The notes beneath the pieces are model-generated. The model was not told the origin of the DNA and searched no databases. It saw only the letters and a list, made by a program, of their open reading frames with translations. From assembly GCF_000315625.1 (NCBI RefSeq), contig NW_005434397.1, positions 1 to 35,237 of the forward strand: 35,237 nt of DNA, in the 5' to 3' direction. Below, one piece after another: positions 28,808 through 35,237 of this stretch (within the stretch, counting starts at the first letter, position 1; the number at the start of each line of letters is the position of its first letter). Origin of the DNA: Guillardia theta CCMP2712. Lineage: Eukaryota > Protista > Cryptophyta. Made by a program: the position numbers and the translations under genes.

Positions 28808-29806
28808 TCAATCGATCAACAACGAGAGCTGTGCAATCGCAACCATCCCCCAGTGGTGAGCGGGTGTCGAGGTGGTATGCATCCCCCAGTGGTGAGCGGG
28901 TGTCGGGGTGGTATGCATCCCCCAGTGGTGGGCGGGCGTCGGGGTGGTATGCATCCCCCAGTGGTGGGCGGGTGTGGGGGTGGAATGCATCCCCCAGTGG
29001 TGGGCGGGTGTGGGGGTGGAATGCATCCCCCAGTGGTGAGCGGACGACGGGATGCCCGCCGGTGAGTATCGGGACGGTTGCATCATGGGCTGGTTTCCTC
29101 GGTCGTCGTATGGCGTGCCACCGTAGTTGTCATAACCGTAATCCCCTTCTGGGTAATAGCCTTGATTGGCGTTGTTCACGTCGTGGCGTAGCCTGTGTGC
29201 TTGCGCCAGTTGATTTTGTTTCCTTACGTGCTCCATAAACTGATCGTGATCCATGCGACGGACTCCGTGTGGGTCGTTGTGGTAGATGTCACTGGCCTTG
29301 CGTACAACCGCTTTCCCTGCTCCTTTCACCCCGTTCCATGCGGAACTGCCGGCATTCTTCAACCTGTCCGTCCATGGGCCCTGTAGGCTGGGGATGTATT
29401 CGGCCGTGGATGGGTTTGCGGCGATGTACTGCTTCATTCCCTGCCACACCGCGTCTTTCAGATCGGTGTTGATCTGGTCCAGCGTGTCTGGGTTGCGCAT
29501 GATGGACAGTTTGGCATCGGTTAGGGTCGGGCGACCGGTGGGCCTGTAGGCACTGCCGAATGACATCCTGTTCGACGGAGAAGGGTTCCATTGGCTGATC
29601 TTGGTTGCGATCTGCTCGCCAAGACATTCAAGGACGTCCGGGTTGCTGGCGATGAATTGCTTCACATCCTGCCACACCTGACCCCCAAGCGCCTCGTCGA
29701 CAATGTCGAGCTGATCGGGGTCGCGCATGATGGTTTCTATGATGGTCGAGGGCTGCTGTGCGTCGGGGTTCATGCTACCTCTCTTGACGGGAATGCGCGC
29801 CATCAT
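28808..29806 (-). CDS. Hypothetical protein, 332 aa, with a duplicated helical module and a C-terminal His/Trp/Met repeat
   Basis: Two copies of IMR[D/N]PD.LD...VWQ..KQ[F/Y]IA.NP and six AHHWGM repeats. Minus-strand AATAAA at 28779-28784. Confidence 0.8.
   Translation of the reverse strand: MMARIPVKRGSMNPDAQQPSTIIETIMRDPDQLDIVDEALGGQVWQDVKQFIASNPDVLECLGEQIATKISQWNPSPSNRMSFGSAYRPTGRPTLTDAKLSIMRNPDTLDQINTDLKDAVWQGMKQYIAANPSTAEYIPSLQGPWTDRLKNAGSSAWNGVKGAGKAVVRKASDIYHNDPHGVRRMDHDQFMEHVRKQNQLAQAHRLRHDVNNANQGYYPEGDYGYDNYGGTPYDDRGNQPMMQPSRYSPAGIPSSAHHWGMHSTPTPAHHWGMHSTPTPAHHWGMHTTPTPAHHWGMHTTPTPAHHWGMHTTSTPAHHWGMVAIAQLSLLID
28845..29043 (-). repeat. 36-nt coding minisatellite, about 5.5 copies (PAHHWGMH[S/T]TPT)
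   Basis: CATCCCCCAGTGGTG recurs every 36 nt, six times. Unit differences are mostly synonymous in the AHHWGM frame (GCT/GCC, CCC/CCG, ACA/ACG). Confidence 0.95.
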
Positions 29807-29852
29807 TCTTATATCCTACGTGCATGTTTGGAAAATCGGGTTTATTACAGGG
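29807..29852 (-). promoter_or_regulatory. Putative promoter CCCTGTAATAAA plus TATAAGA, overlapping the poly(A) signal of the upstream gene
   Basis: Motif shared with 11364-11392. Contains AATAAA 15 nt past the stop at 29861. Confidence 0.45.
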
Positions 29853-29860
29853 AACGCGTC

Positions 29861-31588
29861 TCACAGGTTGGGGTACGCGAGCACATCCTTCCGGAAGAAC
29901 TCGGTGACGACGAGGGTGATGATGAGGGTGAGGACGAGGAAGTTAAGGACGAACTGCTTGATGGCCGTCACGGTGTGCATAGTAAGCCCCACGCGGTCGT
30001 TGATGATATCTGGCAGCATGTATATGGCAAAAAGCGCGAAGATGAAGTAGAACCAGTTGTAGAATAGGATGTAGCTGTACGGGGTGATGCTCTCCGAGGG
30101 CACGGCTGTGAACACGAGCGCGATGAGGACGAAGATCTGCGCATAGCTGATGATATCCTTGTAGCCCTGGTAGTACTCGTACACGCTGCTCGTCTCGAGC
30201 TTGAGGTCGTCGGAGAGGCGCAGGGAGCGGGTCCAATGGGAGGTCATCCAGTCTCCCGAGGTGCTGATCACCGTGTAGAACATGACAAGCGTGGAGTAGT
30301 AGAAGATGATGCCGTTCTCGGTCCACTGGCGGGTGAGGACGATGCCGATCGCCAGCATCACCATCGCCGGGATGAGGAGGATGTCCATCCAGAGGTGCTC
30401 GAGCTGTGCCTGTGCGTTGAGCGTGTCGGAGATCCGGTACCGCATCTCGTCATTGGCGTATCTGTAAACGATCTTCATATAATCGTTGTATCGGTCGTGC
30501 TCCGCCTCCACGATGGTGGACAGCGCGAGCTTCACGTTGCGGTTTCGAACGTAGCTCACGATGTAGGGTCCAAAGAAGATGGCAAGGATCAGCGAGATGA
30601 CGATGATGAAGGTGATGGGGAAGCCGAGGTTGAAGCTGCTCAGGCCCATCTCGCAGGAGTTGCACTTGAGGAGGAAGGAAAGGGTGAATGCCAAGGTAGA
30701 GCCGAAGATGAAGAATGTGAAGAGGACCAACCGGGTGAACATCTTCCAGATCGAATCATCCGCGATAGTCGATTGCGTACCGTTGGATCCCATGCTAGCC
30801 ATCCCCTCCGCGACCATCCTCCGGACTGTGTTCTCGCCGCTGTCGTGCAGGAAGTTGGACATGACGATGGAGAGGGTGGAGATCATCATGAATGCATAGA
30901 AGTAGTACAGGGGGCGATACGTAGCATGCAGCGGCTCGTAGCTGTAGGGCATGTCACCCTCGTAGACGCAGAACTCCAGCATGCTCTTCACATCATCCTT
31001 TGTGGGCGTCGTGGTCTGTGTGGGAGACCAGGTGGTACCCATGGCGTGGCCCACCTGCGCGATGCAGTTGCACCCTCCCGGCATCCACACGGGGTTCGAG
31101 GCAGAGACCTGCGCGAATGTGTAGGGGTCGGTCTGCAGCGGAACGTTGTTCGTGGTGATGTACTGGTCGCAAGAGGACCATGCCCACAGGGTCTGTACGT
31201 TCTGCATGGGTGTCGTGTTGTTCTTCCAGGCCTGGAGTGTCGAGTCCAGCTTATCCATGTTATTCCAGGGGTGGATGACGTACGTCACGATGCTGGTGGG
31301 AAACTTGGTGCTGGCGAGGTCCTTGCTGAGCGACATGGCGGCGAGAACGACGGTGAGCACGTAAAAGACCATAGCGATGATGGTGTTGACATACTTGAGG
31401 TCGGACTGGAACTGGAAGATGCTATGTGACTCCATCAACTTGATGCGGTCATCTTCCGTCTCGTCCTCCTTCTTCCCGTAGATTCTGTTCCACTTGTTGT
31501 TGTCATAGGTGTGGGGCACGAAGGGGTCGCCGAGGTTACTTCCTCTCTGACTATGGTTAGGGTACATGGGTTTCTTCACCACCACCAT
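29861..31588 (-). CDS. Multi-pass membrane protein, 575 aa, about 9 predicted TM segments with a large Cys-containing loop after TM1
   Basis: Hydrophobic stretches such as IIAMVFYVLTVVLAAM, LVLFTFFIFGSTLAFTLSFLL, FPITFIIVISLILAIFFG, ILLIPAMVMLAIGIVL, IFVLIALVFTAV, FVLNFLVLTLIITLVV. Confidence 0.88.
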   Translation of the reverse strand: MVVVKKPMYPNHSQRGSNLGDPFVPHTYDNNKWNRIYGKKEDETEDDRIKLMESHSIFQFQSDLKYVNTIIAMVFYVLTVVLAAMSLSKDLASTKFPTSIVTYVIHPWNNMDKLDSTLQAWKNNTTPMQNVQTLWAWSSCDQYITTNNVPLQTDPYTFAQVSASNPVWMPGGCNCIAQVGHAMGTTWSPTQTTTPTKDDVKSMLEFCVYEGDMPYSYEPLHATYRPLYYFYAFMMISTLSIVMSNFLHDSGENTVRRMVAEGMASMGSNGTQSTIADDSIWKMFTRLVLFTFFIFGSTLAFTLSFLLKCNSCEMGLSSFNLGFPITFIIVISLILAIFFGPYIVSYVRNRNVKLALSTIVEAEHDRYNDYMKIVYRYANDEMRYRISDTLNAQAQLEHLWMDILLIPAMVMLAIGIVLTRQWTENGIIFYYSTLVMFYTVISTSGDWMTSHWTRSLRLSDDLKLETSSVYEYYQGYKDIISYAQIFVLIALVFTAVPSESITPYSYILFYNWFYFIFALFAIYMLPDIINDRVGLTMHTVTAIKQFVLNFLVLTLIITLVVTEFFRKDVLAYPNL

Positions 31589-31686
31589 GCCGATGCCCTT
31601 TTCCCATATGCAGGGTTACCCTTCTTTAATACGATGCAACAATGAAGATTGACGTGGGCGATAAAGCGGGTGGGCTTGCGCCCTGA

Positions 31687-31692
31687 TTTATT
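31687..31692 (-). terminator. Putative poly(A) signal AATAAA of the nuclease gene
   Basis: TTTATT on the plus strand, 55 nt beyond the stop at 31747. Confidence 0.5.
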
Positions 31693-31746
31693 CTCGATAA
31701 AGTTCAAGGCAGCATGGCACGCCTTGAGGGTGGGCGGGTGTGTCTC

Positions 31747-32613
31747 TCACGATGCTAACCGAGGCCTGCTGACTCCCCATCCCGCGGCCCCTGACTTGAT
31801 GCGCTTGTAGCCGTAGGTCTTGGAGTACGGGTCCGGGTAGAGCGAATCCGCGTTCCAGTAGAGCAGTGTCCAGAGGGCGTTGCTAGAGTGGCTACGGAGG
31901 TAGTTGACGTCCGGGAGCTTCGCCAGCGTCCCTGGGGCCATGCTCCCGCACTCCTTGATCGAGCGCATGATCCTCTCTTCCTCCCTCCTCCGGTCGGGCG
32001 TGTCCGCCACCGCGCTCAGGGCGGACTGGTTCACCCGCAGGCTGATCCTCTTCTCGTACACCATGGCGTACAGCACGGCGGAGGCCAGGGAGATGATCGC
32101 CACGTCCTGGTCGTGGCTCTCCTCCTTGCCATCCACGAGGGATAGGATCGGGACGACGATGTCCCTGTGGCTCCATACCCTCGCCGGCCCCACCGTGGGC
32201 AGTCCCTGCGTATAGTCGCACCCCGTGAGGATGGTGAAGAGCGCCAGCACCGAGCACGCGTTGGCCCTCTCCCCGGTCAGTGGGCCTATATCCTTGCAGA
32301 GCTCCAGCGCCAGCCGGTTGATGTGGACGTACTCGTACTCGTGCTTCGCCGGCCTTGGCGCTGTGTCGGCCTTTGTCCTCACCTTGATCCGATACACCGC
32401 AACCTGCGGGACGGCCCTCCCCGCGCGGCATAGCTGCTCGAGGTGGACCATCGACATGGGGACGTAATCACCGTCGATGGCGTCGATGATCATGTTGCCG
32501 AGATGGCTGTAGGAGGTGAACTTGACGTCACTCTCCCCCTTCAGACCGGTGTGATCGATGGAGAAGGGCCTGAAGGTCCCGTTCGGGAGGTGCTCGACCG
32601 GTGCCTCGACCCC
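31747..32613 (-). pseudogene. FEN1/XPG/XRN-type (PIN-like + H3TH) 5'-3' nuclease, 5'-truncated by the tandem array
   Basis: The frame extends upstream of Met 32493 as GVEAPVEHLPNGTFRPFSIDHTGLKGESDVKF..., giving the motif series GESD.K / IDGDY / GCDY..GLPTVGP. Upstream it runs into repeat DNA with an in-frame TGA at 32680-32682 and no ATG. The N-terminal catalytic half is missing. Confidence 0.78.
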
Positions 32614-35237
32614 CCTGTTTCTCGACGGATCCTGCCGGCCGGGCCCGTCAGTAGACCGACTGCAGCCTTCAGCCCCGCCTCAGACCCCCTGGAGGCCCGC
32701 CAGGAGGCTAAGTGTCCGGAGATTGGCCGGGGGCCTGATCTCTCCGGGCGGCCGTGACCGGTCAGCGGACCGTGTCAGCAGGCCCGTGACATGTCAGCCG
32801 GCTGACAGGGGCCGTGACCCGGCTGACAGGCTCACCTGACCGGTCACGTGACACATCACGTGACCGAGACAAGACTTTTTTATATCGCAGATCCAAAAAC
32901 CCATAGGACATTTCTCCCAGGGGGAAGAAAACCTCCCTTGACCCCCCTGTTTCTCGACGGATCCTGCCGGCCGGGCCCGTCAGTAGACCGACTGCAGCCT
33001 TCAGCCCCGCCTCAGACCCCCTGGAGGCCCGCCAGGAGGCTAAGTGTCCGGAGATTGGCCGGGGGCCTGATCTCTCCGGGCGGCCGTGACCGGTCAGCGG
33101 ACCGTGTCAGCAGGCCCGTGACATGTCAGCCGGCTGACAGGGGCCGTGACCCGGCTGACAGGCTCACCTGACCGGTCACGTGACACATCACGTGACCGAG
33201 ACAAGACTTTTTTATATCGCAGATCCAAAAACCCATAGGACATTTCTCCCAGGGGGAAGAAAACCTCCCTTGACCCCCCTGTTTCTCGACGGATCCTGCC
33301 GGCCGGGCCCGTCAGTAGACCGACTGCAGCCTTCAGCCCCGCCTCAGACCCCCTGGAGGCCCGCCAGGAGGCTAAGTGTCCGGAGATTGGCCGGGGGCCT
33401 GATCTCTCCGGGCGGCCGTGACCGGTCAGCGGACCGTGTCAGCAGGCCCGTGACATGTCAGCCGGCTGACAGGGGCCGTGACCCGGCTGACAGGCTCACC
33501 TGACCGGTCACGTGACACATCACGTGACCGAGACAAGACTTTTTTATATCGCAGATCCAAAAACCCATAGGACATTTCTCCCAGGGGGAAGAAAACCTCC
33601 CTTGACCCCCCTGTTTCTCGACGGATCCTGCCGGCCGGGCCCGTCAGTAGACCGACTGCAGCCTTCAGCCCCGCCTCAGACCCCCTGGAGGCCCGCCAGG
33701 AGGCTAAGTGTCCGGAGATTGGCCGGGGGCCTGATCTCTCCGGGCGGCCGTGACCGGTCAGCGGACCGTGTCAGCAGGCCCGTGACATGTCAGCCGGCTG
33801 ACAGGGGCCGTGACCCGGCTGACAGGCTCACCTGACCGGTCACGTGACACATCACGTGACCGAGACAAGACTTTTTTATATCGCAGATCCAAAAACAAAG
33901 TCGCTTCAGTATCAGGGGGAAGAAAACCTCCCTTGACCCCCCTGTTTCTCGACGGATCCTGCCGGCCGGGCCCGTCAGTAGACCGACTGCAGCCTTCAGC
34001 CCCGCCTCAGACCCCCTGGAGGCCCGCCAGGAGGCTAAGTGTCCGGAGATTGGCCGGGGGCCTGATCTCTCCGGGCGGCCGTGACCGGTCAGCGGACCGT
34101 GTCAGCAGGCCCGTGACATGTCAGCCGGCTGACAGGGGCCGTGACCCGGCTGACAGGCTCACCTGACCGGTCACGTGACACATCACGTGACCGAGACAAG
34201 ACTTTTTTATATCGCAGATCCAAAAACCCATAGGACATTTCTCCCAGGGGGAAGAAAACCTCCCTTGACCCCCCTGTTTCTCGACGGATCCTGCCGGCCG
34301 GGCCGGTCAGTAGACCGACTGCAGCCTTCAGCCCCGCCTCAGACCCCCTGGAGGCCCGCCAGGAGGCTAAGTGTCCGGAGATTGGCCGGGGGCCTGATCT
34401 CTCCGGGCGGCCGTGACCGGTCAGCGGACCGTGTCAGCAGGCCCGTGACATGTCAGCCGGCTGACAGGGGCCGTGACCCGGCTGACAGGCTCACCTGACC
34501 GGTCACGTGACACATCACGTGACCGAGACAAGACTTTTTTATATCGCAGATCCCATAACCCATAGGACATTTCTCCCAGGGGGAAGAAAACCTCCCTTGA
34601 CCCACCTGTTTCTCGACGGATCCTGCCGGCCGGGCCCGTCAGTAGACCGACTGCAGCCTTCAGCCCCGCCTCAGACCCCCTGGAGGCCCGCCAGGAGGCT
34701 AAGTGTCCGGAGATTGGCCGGGGGCCTGATCTCTCCGGGCGGCCGTGACCGGTCAGCGGACCGTGTCAGCAGGCCCGTGACATGTCAGCCGGCTGACAGG
34801 GGCCGTGACCCGGCTGACAGGCTCACCTGACCGGTCACGTGACACATCACGTGACCGAGACAAGACTTTTTTATATCGCAGATCCAAAAACCCATAGGAC
34901 ATTTCTCCCAGGGGGAAGAAAACCTCCCTTGACCCCCCTGTTTCTCGACGGATCCTGCCGGCCGGGCCCGTCAGAGACCGACTGCAGCCTTCAGCCCCGC
35001 CTCAGACCCCCTGGAGGCCCGCCAGGAGGCTAAGTGTCCGGAGATTGGCCGGGGGCCTGATCTCTCCGGGCGGCCGTGACCCGGTCAGCGGACCGTGTCA
35101 GCAGGCCGTGACATGTCAGCCGGCTGACAGGGGGCCGTGACCCGGCTGACAGGCTCACCTGACCGGTCACGTGACACATCACGTGACCGAGACAAGACAT
35201 TTTTTATATCGCAGATCCAAAAACCCATAGGACATTT
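32608..35237. repeat. 332-bp GC-rich, palindrome-rich tandem array, about 7.9 copies, running off the window end
   Basis: Periodic landmarks at 32848, 33180, 33512, 33844, 34175, 34507 and 34839 (period 332; one unit is 331). Copies are near-identical. Confidence 0.98.

Noticed and set aside
28690-29238. Plus-strand ORFs over the 36-nt minisatellite (WYASPSGGR / MHPPVVGG repeats)
   Set aside because: Synonymous variation supports the minus-strand AHHWGM frame, which is continuous with the 332-aa ORF.
31747-32493. Complete 248-aa protein starting at MIIDAIDGD acting as effector nuclease of the array
   Set aside because: The conserved GESDVK motif lies upstream of that Met and the N-terminal catalytic half is absent. 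The visible part is a truncated fragment and cannot be claimed as an active partner.
32848-35033. Repeated 107-aa ORFs (MTHHVTETRL...)
   Set aside because: GTG-initiated by-products of the GC-rich tandem repeat. The frame is broken by the 331-bp unit and by the last unit. No protein-like features.
32608-35237. CRISPR array
   Set aside because: The constant part is about 315 bp, 7 of 8 variable segments are identical, and no cas genes are in the window.
34940-35237. Extra divergence (several short indels) in the last repeat unit
   Set aside because: Mostly homopolymer-length changes at the window end, so more likely low-coverage long-read error than biology.

Overview
Gene-dense, GC-rich region whose genes read as uninterrupted ORFs. 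It looks like a large eukaryotic dsDNA virus (Nucleocytoviricota or Mirusviricota-like) or an endogenous copy of one, but no hallmark gene in the window fixes the taxonomy. Evidence: long unspliced ORFs, short AT-rich intergenic spacers, AATAAA 15-55 nt downstream of five stop codons, TATA-like boxes, and no bacterial operon signals that I could see. About two thirds of the window encodes three Cys-rich, secreted or virion-surface-type repeat proteins: a 5'-truncated protein of at least 1324 aa, a 934-aa protein and a 5614-aa protein. They are built from GCC2/GCC3 (ephrin-receptor-like/TNFR-like) repeats with cbEGF, F-type-lectin-like and LamG-like inserts, and show compositional mosaicism. 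Other genes are a permuted papain-like (YaeF/YiiX-type) enzyme, a 57-aa SIAMESE/SMR-like micro-ORF, a His/Met/Trp-repeat protein, a roughly 9-TM membrane protein and several hypotheticals. The window ends in about 8 copies of a highly palindromic 332-bp tandem repeat that cuts off the 5' part of a FEN1/XPG/XRN-type nuclease gene at a microhomology. In one copy a discrete 17-nt segment is replaced by an unrelated 16-mer between conserved flanks. That array is the most unusual feature here, and its function cannot be determined from this window alone.
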